Shown here piece after piece: positions 7,080-16,621 of a DNA stretch of 34,425 nucleotides. The DNA is from a virus. Lineage: Duplodnaviria; Caudoviricetes. Position numbers and translations under genes: made by a program. How positions within the stretch are numbered: the first letter of the stretch is position 1; each line of letters begins with the position of its first letter. The notes below the pieces were generated by a model. That model saw only the letters and a program-made list of their open reading frames with translations, was not told where the DNA came from and searched no databases. The DNA lies in IMG/VR virus record IMGVR_UViG_3300011441_000027, positions 1 through 34,425 of that record. The stretch is one strand, 5' to 3'.

Positions 7080-7358
7080 CTATGACTTGGTTCCCAGGAG
7101 TTCTGCTTCGAGCTTCTCGATGATCTTCACGGTGAACGCGATCTCGTCGAGATCGTCAGGCGTCGGCTTGGCCTTGGAACGCAGGCGCTTCAGTTTCTCC
7201 CGGTAGAGTTCGAGCATGAGCGCGCGATCGCCTTGCTGTTGCTGCGCGGTCATCTGACCCGCCTCGGCGCGGTCGATGTAGAAGCGATCGACGCCCACCA
7301 CGGCCAGCACAACGGTGACGCATACACTCGGCACGCCGAGAATCCATTTCCAATCCAC
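7080..7358 (-). CDS. Single-TM coiled-coil protein in the lysis cassette
   Basis: N-terminal hydrophobic helix followed by charged helices. Confidence 0.65.
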   Translation of the reverse strand: MDWKWILGVPSVCVTVVLAVVGVDRFYIDRAEAGQMTAQQQQGDRALMLELYREKLKRLRSKAKPTPDDLDEIAFTVKIIEKLEAELLGTKS

Positions 7359-7361
7359 GGA

Positions 7362-8141
7362 CTATTTCCTCACGCAGGTGTCTAGCACCTTGCGCTCGCG
7401 GTCTCGCACCTCATCCTGACTAACGCACGGCGCCGCCGCTGCAACTGGCTCCACTCGCGTGGACGCGCCCTCTCCGGAAGGCGCGTTAGCATTTTCAGCC
7501 GCAACGCGCGGCGCCGCCGCCACACATTTCTCCACGCTCCCGTGAAACTTGATCGCGGAGTCGAGCATGCAGAGCAGCGCTCTGCCCGTATACGCATCGC
7601 CTGACAAGAAGAACTCGCGCGCGTCCATGCGCAGCGTGCACTGTGAGTCGAGCTTCGCGCTGCCACCGCTGACAGCGAAGCCGGGCACAGCAGCACCTCC
7701 GCTGATTCCCACGTAGCACGTCGCAGTCGTGTTTGCGTTAGGCGGGTAGACGTTCGCCACGTTCTTCAACGTGACGTGGTCTGGATGCGTGTCACTGACG
7801 ACCACCGATGAGACGCTGTCACTAAGCGCGTCTGCGCTCGACGTCGATTGCGATGATGCCACTGCATGTGGATCGCTCGGCTTGTCGGTCGCGAAGACGA
7901 GACCAGGGAACACTATCAGTGCCAGTAGCAATTTCATGGTGCCGCCTTGCGTGATGACGTTGCTGTTCATTTGGCCGCGCAGGTACGTGGCGACCGCGAT
8001 GAAGCCGAGGTGGAACTTCAGCGTGTCTTCGGGGATGAGTCCTGAAACGCTGGCGAGTGCGGCATCCATACCGATTGCGACTCCCAGCAGGCGCGTGCCG
8101 TGACTCTTCCAAACGCCCCACATCCACTTGAGTGGCTTCAT
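7362..8141 (-). CDS. Holin-like N-terminus in frame with a secreted Cys-containing protein (internal start at 7937)
   Basis: First 68 aa contain two hydrophobic segments; then MKLLLALIVFPGLVFA signal peptide, a Ser-rich linker and a C...GISGG...SGG...C...C domain. Confidence 0.6.
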   Translation of the reverse strand: MKPLKWMWGVWKSHGTRLLGVAIGMDAALASVSGLIPEDTLKFHLGFIAVATYLRGQMNSNVITQGGTMKLLLALIVFPGLVFATDKPSDPHAVASSQSTSSADALSDSVSSVVVSDTHPDHVTLKNVANVYPPNANTTATCYVGISGGAAVPGFAVSGGSAKLDSQCTLRMDAREFFLSGDAYTGRALLCMLDSAIKFHGSVEKCVAAAPRVAAENANAPSGEGASTRVEPVAAAAPCVSQDEVRDRERKVLDTCVRK

Positions 8142-8425
8142 CTGCGTCGCTCCTGTTCAAGTTTATCTAGACGGCGCAGCACGTTCTGCTGGCGTTCGTC
8201 TACGAGTGTCAGCTGCGTGTCTTGCCGTTGCATATCGTGAGTAATGCTCGACATCTGGTCGAGAAGAGCGCGGAGATAGATCACGGAGAGTCCGCCGAGC
8301 GCGCCAACGACAATTGCCCACGCCCAGAATGCAGTGGCGAGTCGCTGCGACATCTTGATCAGGGCCACTCGATCCTTGACTCCGTTTTCATCGAGTGCGT
8401 CAGGCACATCTGGCGTCAATTTCAT
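8138..8425 (-). CDS. Single-TM coiled-coil protein (holin/antiholin candidate), 95 aa
   Basis: ATG at 8425 with GAGG RBS overlaps the endolysin stop; TM FWAWAIVVGALGGLSVIYL. Confidence 0.65.
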   Translation of the reverse strand: MKLTPDVPDALDENGVKDRVALIKMSQRLATAFWAWAIVVGALGGLSVIYLRALLDQMSSITHDMQRQDTQLTLVDERQQNVLRRLDKLEQERRR

Positions 8426-8931
8426 ACCTCGTGTCGCCACTGAAAGTGAGGAAACTCCTTGAACTTGATCCAGCGCCCAGCCCATTCGAGACCAGCGGCC
8501 TCGCCGAGTACGCCTACGCGCTGCCAGAGTTCCAGGTCATCGGTGTCGTCGTCGCTCGTGTCGTTGTCCATGCCATCGCCGCCCGTCGTCCACACCGGCT
8601 TCCCGTAGCGCAGCACGACGAGATCGTAGGCGAGTGACGCGGGCAGCTCGCCCAGCGTTTTATTGTGCATGCTCTCGCCAGGCTTCGCGTTAGTCACGCG
8701 CAATCCCATGCGGTGCTTGTCGCATGTGCCGAGCTCGTTCAACTTACCGCCGCACGAACATCGCTTGCCTGGGACCGTCCGCCCGACCGCGTACAGGTCT
8801 GCCTGCTCGGCGTTGCTCCGCCACGTGCACGTCACCAGCACTGACAAGCCGTTCGCCTGACACGCGTCGAGATGCGCGCGCGCCGCTGGCTGCATGACTG
8901 CGTGGAGATCGCCTAGCTTGGTGCTCGCCAT
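8422..8931 (-). CDS. Endolysin, peptidase M15 (L-Ala-D-Glu peptidase-like)
   Basis: RSNAEQADLY..GRT, SMH...AYD, W.GRW..FKEFPHFQ motifs. Confidence 0.9.
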   Translation of the reverse strand: MASTKLGDLHAVMQPAARAHLDACQANGLSVLVTCTWRSNAEQADLYAVGRTVPGKRCSCGGKLNELGTCDKHRMGLRVTNAKPGESMHNKTLGELPASLAYDLVVLRYGKPVWTTGGDGMDNDTSDDDTDDLELWQRVGVLGEAAGLEWAGRWIKFKEFPHFQWRHEV

Positions 8932-8933
8932 TT

Positions 8934-11900
8934 TTATAGATCGCCTGATAGATACCAGTTGCCACCGCGAGCCTCAGCGTACGCGCGAGCGTAGCGCCCT
9001 GACACCGCGCGGTTGCCAGAGGTATTCGGTGGTGAGAGTAGCGAGCCGCTCGCTGCTGAGATCGTTAGAAGCCCAGTATTGACCTGGTGGAAGAACACTC
9101 GCGCGCCTTCCAGAGTGTGCGCTCCGTTTGGGATCGTGAGCGTGCCAGCTGAGGCTGAGTCATAGACAACCTCGTTCATCAGGTCGAAGAGAGAGAGCGT
9201 GGACGTGCCGGTGTAGGTGCGGCGGCGCTGCTGTCCGTTGTTGCCTGGAGTAGCGTCGAGCAGATCAATCTCGATCGTCCCGCCTGTGACGGCACCATTC
9301 ATCAGTGCTTCGACAGAAATCCACGGCAGGTCCCCGCCACCATATCCTGATTGCGGCACGACGAGTGACACTGCCGCCATCTCCTGCCACTCGTCGACCG
9401 TGGCAGCGTTGAGCTCAGCGGTGAGGAGAGCGATGCCTCCCACCTGGGAGAATGCGTCGGTATTCGACCACGTTAGATTGGCAGCTGGCTCGCGAGCGTG
9501 TCGAATGAGCGTGGCGATGACCGCGCCCCCGGTTCCCGTGATGGTGCCCGTGCGACGCCATCGCATCGTAACCGTATATACCTCGCCATTGACCGCCTGC
9601 TGCGCGGGAATGCGGCGCGATACAAGCTGCTTCTGATTGCTGTCGCCAGTCATGCTGGCGCGTCCCGCAACGTTTCCGCCGGTCAGAGAGATCGACGGCG
9701 CTGAGCCACCATTGGTGAATGTGTACCAGTAGAATTGGTCAGTGGAGAACGAGAACTCGGCGTCTGGAGCGAGGCGCTTCTTCAGACTGTTGTCTGAATC
9801 GTCCGGTGAAGTCAGCCGCTCGACGCGTATGTAGTCGCACTGCTGCGTCCCATTGCCGCCGTTGTAATTCAGGATCAGCAGGGGGCGGAAGAACCGCACT
9901 CCGGTATACAGCGGCGTCGGCGCGTCGATATGCGGAGCAACGCCGAAGCCGCTGGTAGCGTGCCCTCGGAAGTAACCCACCGCCGTGACCCAGGTATCGA
10001 GCGCAACGCCACTCAGATCGAGTCCACGAATGCAATTGTAATGCTGGCTGGTAGGTGAGTCAGAGCCGGACTCGTTGATGTACGTGGTGCCGTTAGCCGC
10101 CACACCTGAGACACCCACCCAGCACAGCTGCGTGCCAGCGCCACCACTGCCGGCAGCGGTCCGACGCACGCGAGCCTCGATACGGTACAGCGTGTTTGCG
10201 TCATACGGCAGATTGGCTCGCGACTGAATCCAGAACTGGCCCCCAGCAGCCTGAATTACGCGACCACTGAACTCACCATCGGTGGGATAGGTAATTGTAA
10301 ATCCCGAACCACTGATGAGCTCGTACGCGGACGCCCAATCCTGATGCTCGAAGGTATCGAGGAACACAGCCGATGGACTTTCAAGACTGATGCCTCCGAC
10401 GCCAGACGTTGCACCTGACGGGAACCATTCAGAGACAACCGTCAAGTTGTTGAGCCCTACACGACGCACGCGACTCCAGAAGTAGCGCACGGACAGCGGC
10501 GGCACTTCGATCTTAAACTCGGCCTGCCTGCCTTCTCCGATCTTCACTGAGTTTGCGCGGTTGTTATCTATGCTCGCGAACACTTCGACGATGTCGAAGG
10601 TATCGAAGTCAGGCAACGTCACGCGGACTGCGATGAAGCCAGCGCCACCCGTCGCGACGAGCGCAGTTGGAGCTGGTGGCTTAGTGCTCGCGTCAGGAGT
10701 CGCGGTCTGCGGCGCTGGGATGTACTGAATGCGGTGCGCCGCATTCGACATATCCAGCGCGCTGATGTACGCCTCGTCGAGGTAGCCCGCGTATGGGCGC
10801 TGATCAAACGTCTGCTGCGGCTGATGGCGTTCACGCATGCCCATGGGGTTGCCTTGAATCGGCACCGTGCCTGTTGCTCCCGTGAACCTGCCGCCTACGT
10901 CTGGCAGGGACAGAGCGCCGCCGTCGAGCCCTATAAACAAACCGCCTGGGCAACCAGCGCCTCCGGAACCGGGGTAGGAATCCGCGAAGCTCAGAGACGT
11001 CGCCGCCGATGAGTTGCCAGACAAGTTGATCGAGCCACTCGCACCAAAGGATAGACCACGGCAAATGATGGCGATGCCGGCACCAGAGTCGGCCCCCGTG
11101 CCGCCATTCGCGGCGACACCGTTGGTGACGTTGATGACTTTCTCGCCTGGGCCACCAGACGTGCCGCGCAAATCGGAGGGCAGACCGACGAGCGTGTTGC
11201 CTACCACGCTTAGCTCTAGGAACGGGAAGCTCGCGTACTGTCCCTGCGTGAGCCGTGCGGGCCGCGTCTCCAGTAGAAACGGCGTCCCGCGTACGCTCGG
11301 CCACCACTTCACGCCGTCCATGCCGCGTGCGTTGCCGAGGAAGCCAGGCGTCCCCATGACGGCTGAATTGATGCTGGAGTTATCGGCGACGCCAGTCTTA
11401 CCCCTTCCCACGCCATCGATGTCGCCGTTGACAGTGACGAAGCCGCGCACGCGAAGCTGCACGTTTAAGTTGCTCGTCAGGATCGTGCTCGATCCGATCT
11501 CAAGATCGCCAAGGTGATAGTAGATCGCCGCGCTGTTGTTTAGATCGGCATTGCCAGCCAGGTTGAACGTTCCCGGCTGAGTCACGTTTCCGATCATCGT
11601 CACGACAGTCGACAGTGCGACGCCTGAACTATTGTAGAAGGCGTCTGGCAGCGCTGTGGTGTTCGTCGTTGGAGACTCGACGCTCGCGCGCGCCGTGCTG
11701 CCGAAGAGTTCCAGCGTCACCCTGCCCGTGCGAAAGTTGCACGCCGTGTGCTGCACCTCGAAGGCTCGCTGAATGAACGTCAGACTTCCTGCGTAGTCGC
11801 GCACGCTAAGAAGCCTGAGCAGAACGATATCGCCTATCTCAATAGGGTTGAAGCTCGGCAGCGCTGAAATGGTTATGCGCTCTGGCGGCTCGGCGTAGCG

Positions 11901-13226
11901 ATCGCGAAACGCGTCTAGACGTTTTCGGATGACGCTGTCTGTGTGCCGTGATCCGTGGACGCCTTTGAACGACATCACCTTGAGCTTCGACGCGCGGTGC
12001 GCTCCGACAGACTGCTGGTCGATGAAGGCCGAGCGTCGCTTAAACTCTTGGCCGTCCCAGCTCCAATCGACCACGAAGTTGTTGATCATGCCGTCGAGAT
12101 CGTGCTGTAGCTCGCCGATCTCTGTGACTCTGTCGTCATCGATGGTGACGACATGAGCGGCGTCTGAGAGCACTTGGTTCATTCGCTTGAGGCCGATGTC
12201 GCCATCCGAGTAGATGACTTGATACACGCCGGTCGGTTGGAATATCTCGGACTCGAGGAATTTCTTCCCGTCGATCTTCTTGAGGTCTTGAAACCTGAGA
12301 ATGAATCCAGCAGCGTCGTCCGCCGTTGTCCATAGATCGGTCATCGCGGCGAAGTCGGCGTCGCGCACCAGAGCGGCGTCGATGCCTAAGTTCCAATGCG
12401 ATGGCAGGACGTTCGCGCTGCCGTAGAGTGTGCCGGTCATGACGGCTAACGCCATCTTCAGCGCTGGTAGCTCCAAGTAGATTACCTCCTCAACCTTCGG
12501 TCTGCGTTCTGCCTCGGCGGCTGGATCGACCTCGTGTGCTACTGCTTTCGTGTTCAGCGCGCCGCGCGTGCATCCCGTGAACGAGTCAGAGGTCGTTCCT
12601 GTTGCGCGAATGATCTCCTTGTCGATGCGAATGTAGAGCACTGTCGCACTCGGAGCATCCGACCAGCTCGTGCCGTGAACGATGGTTGAGAACCCCGTGG
12701 TGAGATACACCGGCACAGTTGTCGCCGTCGCCGTGATCGAGTCGCGCAGCGTCGTAGTCTTCGGCTCGAAGATATCCTTCTTCTGCTCGCGCGTGATGTC
12801 GTTGCACGACACGCGGTAGATGCCCTTGTCGTAGGACACCGACTTTATTACCTGCGTCTGGAATAGCACGAAGCCTGTGAAATCCAGACCCTCATATCCG
12901 ACGAAAAAGCGCGCCGTGCGCAGACGCACTCCCTCGTTGTCGGTCTGCAGGTTGTTGCGGACGTAGTTGGTGAACGCGCTGTCCTTGTCGATCACCGCGA
13001 ACGTAAGCGTGCCAATCTCCGATCGTCCCTCGTCTGGTCTGATGCGCTGCGAAATCGCGTCGGGCTCCTGCAGCACGCCATCGATGACGATGCCCGGCAC
13101 GGACGTGATCCCCGTGTGGCTCGTCAGATAAAGTGATTCCGTCTCGTACTCGATGGACAGCACGAAGCGCGGAGACTTCGACGCCGCCTGATTCAGTACG
13201 GCGAACTGTCCTGGATCGATTCTCAT
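8934..13226 (-). CDS. Tail tip / central fibre protein (hub, Gly-rich region, FN3-like and carbohydrate-binding-like domains), 1430 aa
   Basis: Position after tape measure and Dit-like genes; PPAPTALVATGG...RYFWSRV FN3-like stretch; C-terminal TLTIP...Q..TG.LTI...WYLSGDL fibre-type domain. Confidence 0.8.
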   Translation of the reverse strand: MRIDPGQFAVLNQAASKSPRFVLSIEYETESLYLTSHTGITSVPGIVIDGVLQEPDAISQRIRPDEGRSEIGTLTFAVIDKDSAFTNYVRNNLQTDNEGVRLRTARFFVGYEGLDFTGFVLFQTQVIKSVSYDKGIYRVSCNDITREQKKDIFEPKTTTLRDSITATATTVPVYLTTGFSTIVHGTSWSDAPSATVLYIRIDKEIIRATGTTSDSFTGCTRGALNTKAVAHEVDPAAEAERRPKVEEVIYLELPALKMALAVMTGTLYGSANVLPSHWNLGIDAALVRDADFAAMTDLWTTADDAAGFILRFQDLKKIDGKKFLESEIFQPTGVYQVIYSDGDIGLKRMNQVLSDAAHVVTIDDDRVTEIGELQHDLDGMINNFVVDWSWDGQEFKRRSAFIDQQSVGAHRASKLKVMSFKGVHGSRHTDSVIRKRLDAFRDRYAEPPERITISALPSFNPIEIGDIVLLRLLSVRDYAGSLTFIQRAFEVQHTACNFRTGRVTLELFGSTARASVESPTTNTTALPDAFYNSSGVALSTVVTMIGNVTQPGTFNLAGNADLNNSAAIYYHLGDLEIGSSTILTSNLNVQLRVRGFVTVNGDIDGVGRGKTGVADNSSINSAVMGTPGFLGNARGMDGVKWWPSVRGTPFLLETRPARLTQGQYASFPFLELSVVGNTLVGLPSDLRGTSGGPGEKVINVTNGVAANGGTGADSGAGIAIICRGLSFGASGSINLSGNSSAATSLSFADSYPGSGGAGCPGGLFIGLDGGALSLPDVGGRFTGATGTVPIQGNPMGMRERHQPQQTFDQRPYAGYLDEAYISALDMSNAAHRIQYIPAPQTATPDASTKPPAPTALVATGGAGFIAVRVTLPDFDTFDIVEVFASIDNNRANSVKIGEGRQAEFKIEVPPLSVRYFWSRVRRVGLNNLTVVSEWFPSGATSGVGGISLESPSAVFLDTFEHQDWASAYELISGSGFTITYPTDGEFSGRVIQAAGGQFWIQSRANLPYDANTLYRIEARVRRTAAGSGGAGTQLCWVGVSGVAANGTTYINESGSDSPTSQHYNCIRGLDLSGVALDTWVTAVGYFRGHATSGFGVAPHIDAPTPLYTGVRFFRPLLILNYNGGNGTQQCDYIRVERLTSPDDSDNSLKKRLAPDAEFSFSTDQFYWYTFTNGGSAPSISLTGGNVAGRASMTGDSNQKQLVSRRIPAQQAVNGEVYTVTMRWRRTGTITGTGGAVIATLIRHAREPAANLTWSNTDAFSQVGGIALLTAELNAATVDEWQEMAAVSLVVPQSGYGGGDLPWISVEALMNGAVTGGTIEIDLLDATPGNNGQQRRRTYTGTSTLSLFDLMNEVVYDSASAGTLTIPNGAHTLEGARVFFHQVNTGLLTISAASGSLLSPPNTSGNRAVSGRYARAYAEARGGNWYLSGDL

Positions 13227-13636
13227 GTTAGTTCGATCACCGTGATGCGCACTTGGAAGAGATCGAGCGCAGCACTGCCGACGCGCATGAATGGCGTCTC
13301 CGTGTAGCTCGTGTCTATGCGTTTCACCGCGATGGCCTGAGCAAACTGCCCGTAAATGTCGACGTTGAAACTCTCACCGCCATCCGTGGATTCGAGAAAC
13401 TCACGCAAGACTGGCATGTCTTTGCCGCGCACGGGCGCGAAGACAAGCTGCCACGTGACGTCGCGACGGTGGTAGAGCACTTCCATGGCGCCACCGTTCG
13501 CCTGTACGACGTCCTTCTCCACCTTGGTGCTGCGCTCCGTGCCATCGTCGACGATGTCGATGTCGAGCGCGTACAACTCGTTCATCACGTGGCCCTGGGC
13601 TAGCCCGCGTTTTGCGACGTATTGAATGGTTGCCAT
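13223..13636 (-). CDS. Distal tail (Dit/gpM-like) protein
   Basis: Size and synteny directly after the tape measure; W.L.F...LREFL...GG pattern. Confidence 0.6.
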   Translation of the reverse strand: MATIQYVAKRGLAQGHVMNELYALDIDIVDDGTERSTKVEKDVVQANGGAMEVLYHRRDVTWQLVFAPVRGKDMPVLREFLESTDGGESFNVDIYGQFAQAIAVKRIDTSYTETPFMRVGSAALDLFQVRITVIELT

Positions 13637-15477
13637 TAGCGCGTCGTCACCGTCTGCTGCGCCTGCAGACTGTTGGGTCCAAAAATGATCACGTCGCGAT
13701 CGTCTGTCGCTTCACGTATGGCGGCGAGCAACTCGTCGATGATGCGCTGGTCCCAGCCTACGTTGCCCGAGATGATGACTTGCACGGCGCGCTGAGACGT
13801 TGCGCCGAAGGCTGGCTGATCGCCGCTCTGCGTGAAGATTGGATTGTGCGGACTGCCGAGCGGCAGCCCGCCGCCCGCGCCTGACGTTACGTTGCGCGCC
13901 TCCTGAAAGCCGGTGGCGGCGATCAGTGCGGCGTTCGCAAACCCCCACGCCTTCACTGCTGCAGCGCGTGCCACAGCGGTGTAGGGATCGCCAGTCGTCA
14001 GCTGCAGGTTCGCGCCAGCGAGCGCATACATGATTGCCTGCGCAACCTGCTGGCCGCGATTGATTGCGATGAGCGCGATAGCCGCCGTCTTGCTGCGCAC
14101 GGCGAGTGCTCGCAGCAGTCCCATTGCCGAGTTGAACGTGTTCTCACGCGCGTCCTGGGAGACTTGCTCAGCGGCTAGACTCGCCTCCATGCGCTGCGTT
14201 TCCGCTTCGATGCTGAGCGCGAGGCGCTTCTTCTGTTCCTCTGCAATGGTGTCCGTGATCTGCGCCTCAAGACTCTTCGTCAGTTCGAGCTTCGCCTCGA
14301 AGGCAAACTGCATCTGCGCGATCTCATCATTCAAGCGCTGAGCTGCAGCCTGCTCGGCGAGCAGGCGTGCGGATTCGATCTGCGCGTCAAGAGCAAGCTG
14401 CTGCTGCTTGCCTATCTCGTCTCGCGCCTTCTGTTCCGCGGCGTCCTTTGACTTCGAGATGCTCGTCTGTATGCGCTCGATCGCCTGAGCAATGCTCTCT
14501 ATCCGGTCGAGTGCATTCTTGGCGCGCTCTAGGTTCTCCTCGAACGACGCTTTAAATGCTTCGCTGACATCACCGAAGGTGAGCGCCTGCAGCACGCGCG
14601 CGTTGGCAGCCGCGAGTCCGAAGAATGCCGCCTCTAGTGTTCGCGCACCGTTGGCGAGCGCCGCGAACACAGCCACGCCAGCGATGACTAGATTGTTGAG
14701 AGTGCTCTGCAGCTCCTCGGCACTGCTTCCGCCTTCCTTGATGCTCTCCACAAACGAGTCGATGAACGGCGCGACCGCGATGGCGATGCGCTGACCGAAG
14801 ACGGTGGCGGAGTCGGCGAGATCATCCATTGAACGCCGCGCGCTCTCTATCTGCGCAACCTCGACGCGCGACAATGCCAGGCCGAGCGCCTCGACGTCAC
14901 GCGTCGCCTGCTCGATCGCTGGCCTGCCCTCGCGAATCAAGTTGAACGCCTCTTGAGCGCTGCGTCCGAAGAGTCCCTGGGCGGCGGCGAACTGTGCGCT
15001 TCGACTGTTGAGCTGTCCGATCGCGTCGCTGTACCTGAGAAAGAGTTCGTCAGGGGAGAGTGTCTGCAGCTCGCGAATGTTGAGGCCGAGTTCCTGAATG
15101 AACTTGAGCGCGTCCCCGCGTCCCGCAGCGGCCTCGCCGAGGCGGCGCTGCGAATCAGTCAGCGTCTTGTTGAGCGCCTCCTGAGATATGCCTGCATCCT
15201 CTGCGGCTTCCTGAAATGCGCGTAACCGTTCAGTTGTTAGGCCGAGCTTGTCAGACATCTTTCCGAGTTCGTCGGCGAGCTGTGCAGCATTGCGAACGAA
15301 GTTGATGGCGAATCCCACGGAGAGAATGCCGCCGAGTGCGCGTGCCGCCGCTCCCAGTTGACTGAACCCGGACTCGACCTTCTTGAGTGAGTTCTGGAAT
15401 TGGGTGAGCTGAGTCCGCGCGCGTGCTGCATCGACTGCGAAGTCAACAGTGACGGTGCCAGCGGAGACAACAGCCAT
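13636..15477 (-). CDS. Tail tape measure protein, 613 aa
   Basis: Ala-rich helical protein after the G/GT chaperones; ADELGKMSDKLGLTTE.L...AAE.AG and LFGRS motifs. Confidence 0.85.
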   Translation of the reverse strand: MAVVSAGTVTVDFAVDAARARTQLTQFQNSLKKVESGFSQLGAAARALGGILSVGFAINFVRNAAQLADELGKMSDKLGLTTERLRAFQEAAEDAGISQEALNKTLTDSQRRLGEAAAGRGDALKFIQELGLNIRELQTLSPDELFLRYSDAIGQLNSRSAQFAAAQGLFGRSAQEAFNLIREGRPAIEQATRDVEALGLALSRVEVAQIESARRSMDDLADSATVFGQRIAIAVAPFIDSFVESIKEGGSSAEELQSTLNNLVIAGVAVFAALANGARTLEAAFFGLAAANARVLQALTFGDVSEAFKASFEENLERAKNALDRIESIAQAIERIQTSISKSKDAAEQKARDEIGKQQQLALDAQIESARLLAEQAAAQRLNDEIAQMQFAFEAKLELTKSLEAQITDTIAEEQKKRLALSIEAETQRMEASLAAEQVSQDARENTFNSAMGLLRALAVRSKTAAIALIAINRGQQVAQAIMYALAGANLQLTTGDPYTAVARAAAVKAWGFANAALIAATGFQEARNVTSGAGGGLPLGSPHNPIFTQSGDQPAFGATSQRAVQVIISGNVGWDQRIIDELLAAIREATDDRDVIIFGPNSLQAQQTVTTR

Positions 15478-15807
15478 TTAAGGTTTCTTCCTCGTGCGGT
15501 CGAGTTCGTCGCGCTCTGCGCGCTGACGCGGTGATAGTTTAGAGATTCGCTTGCGCAACGGAATGAAGTCAGACGGCTTTAATAGCTTGGTGTTTTTCGC
15601 GCGCGGGGCTAGGTTGGCAAGCGTCGCGCAAATCGTGTAGGCCCCCCATTGGTCCTGATCGTATCCGACTGGCTCGCGCTGCGTGAAAGCAATCCACTGC
15701 GTGAACTCAGCCGACGACATGCGCGTCTGCAGCTCATCAACCGTTGCCCCCATCCGTAAAGCGAGCCGGTGCCAGAGCACGAGCTCCGGATCGCTGTCTA
15801 GTTTTTT
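15478..15807 (-). CDS. Tail assembly chaperone GT, -1 frame part
   Basis: LALRMGATVDELQTRMSSAEFTQW.AF motif; frame stays open up to the slippery site. Confidence 0.8.
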   Translation of the reverse strand, partial: KKLDSDPELVLWHRLALRMGATVDELQTRMSSAEFTQWIAFTQREPVGYDQDQWGAYTICATLANLAPRAKNTKLLKPSDFIPLRKRISKLSPRQRAERDELDRTRKKP

Positions 15808-16136
15808 TCGGATTCCTGGGCGGCGTCCTTGCTCAGCCCTGACTTCTGCAGGACGAGCGCCGATGCCTTGCTGACGATCTCCGGGTCCCAGTCCATGACC
15901 ACCAGTAGTGCCTCACCGTTCGCGTACACAGGCGTACCGTCTTCGTTCGACCAGCATGTCGCGACGAGCCGGTGCTCAGCTGTCGACGGGTCGAAGCCCG
16001 CCGCCTTGAACTGCGAGAAGTATTCCGAGCGCTCCTTCCCGGTGAGTCCGCGCAGGTGCAAGACGCCGACCGGCGTGTCGAGCGCTGCCGTAGAGCGCAG
16101 CGCCCTGAGCTTCTCGCCGATTTCCTGACCGCTCAC
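15798..16136 (-). CDS. Tail assembly chaperone G
   Basis: Between tail tube and tape measure; LRGLTGKER...NEDGTPVY; ends EKN at the slippery site. Confidence 0.8.
   Translation of the reverse strand: MSGQEIGEKLRALRSTAALDTPVGVLHLRGLTGKERSEYFSQFKAAGFDPSTAEHRLVATCWSNEDGTPVYANGEALLVVMDWDPEIVSKASALVLQKSGLSKDAAQESEKN
15801..15807 (-). other. Programmed -1 frameshift slippery site A AAA AAC
   Basis: GAA AAA AAC TAG at the end of G; -1 slip reads AAA AAA CTA GAC AGC GAT CCG GAG CTC GTG into the T ORF. Confidence 0.85.
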
Positions 16137-16591
16137 GGTGTCACCGTGATCGCGCCGTCCACCGCCAGGGTGAACGCTGCAACGTGTTCCTTCGCATCGC
16201 CGGTGGCGTCGAAGGCTTCCTCATCCCACTTCGATACGAAGGCGACGAAGTCGAGCTGCCGCGCATTGGTGTCGGGATACGTCAGTCGCCAGTTGCGCTT
16301 CTGCCCGCCCGCCACCGTTGAGTCGTTGTAGATGTTCTGATGCGGCGTCAACGTCCAGTCTATTGCCAGCGAGCTGTCGACCAGGCGGTCGCCGAGCTTG
16401 CCGCCAACTGATCGTTTGGCCGTGTCGTTGAGAATGGAGAACGTGCCGACGCTGGTCTCGTTCGACGGCGGCTTGATGATCTCGACGAGTGGGACTTCTG
16501 TGAATGTATCGGCTCCCGGCGCGGGCAAAGGCGTTGCTGTGCTCGTGCCGATCCAGAGTTTTGCTCCAACGCTTTGCCCATAGTAGGCCAT
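16133..16591 (-). CDS. Major tail tube protein
   Basis: GAKLWIG...RNWRLTYPD...F.AFVS...FTLAVDGAIT, typical siphovirus tube; GAGGAG RBS. Confidence 0.8.
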   Translation of the reverse strand: MAYYGQSVGAKLWIGTSTATPLPAPGADTFTEVPLVEIIKPPSNETSVGTFSILNDTAKRSVGGKLGDRLVDSSLAIDWTLTPHQNIYNDSTVAGGQKRNWRLTYPDTNARQLDFVAFVSKWDEEAFDATGDAKEHVAAFTLAVDGAITVTP

Positions 16592-16621
16592 GGATCACTC
16601 CTCAGTAGAGATTGGGAAAGG

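Noticed and set aside
8934-10400. Possible diversity-generating retroelement or invertible tail cassette
   Set aside because: No reverse transcriptase, invertase or template repeat seen in the window
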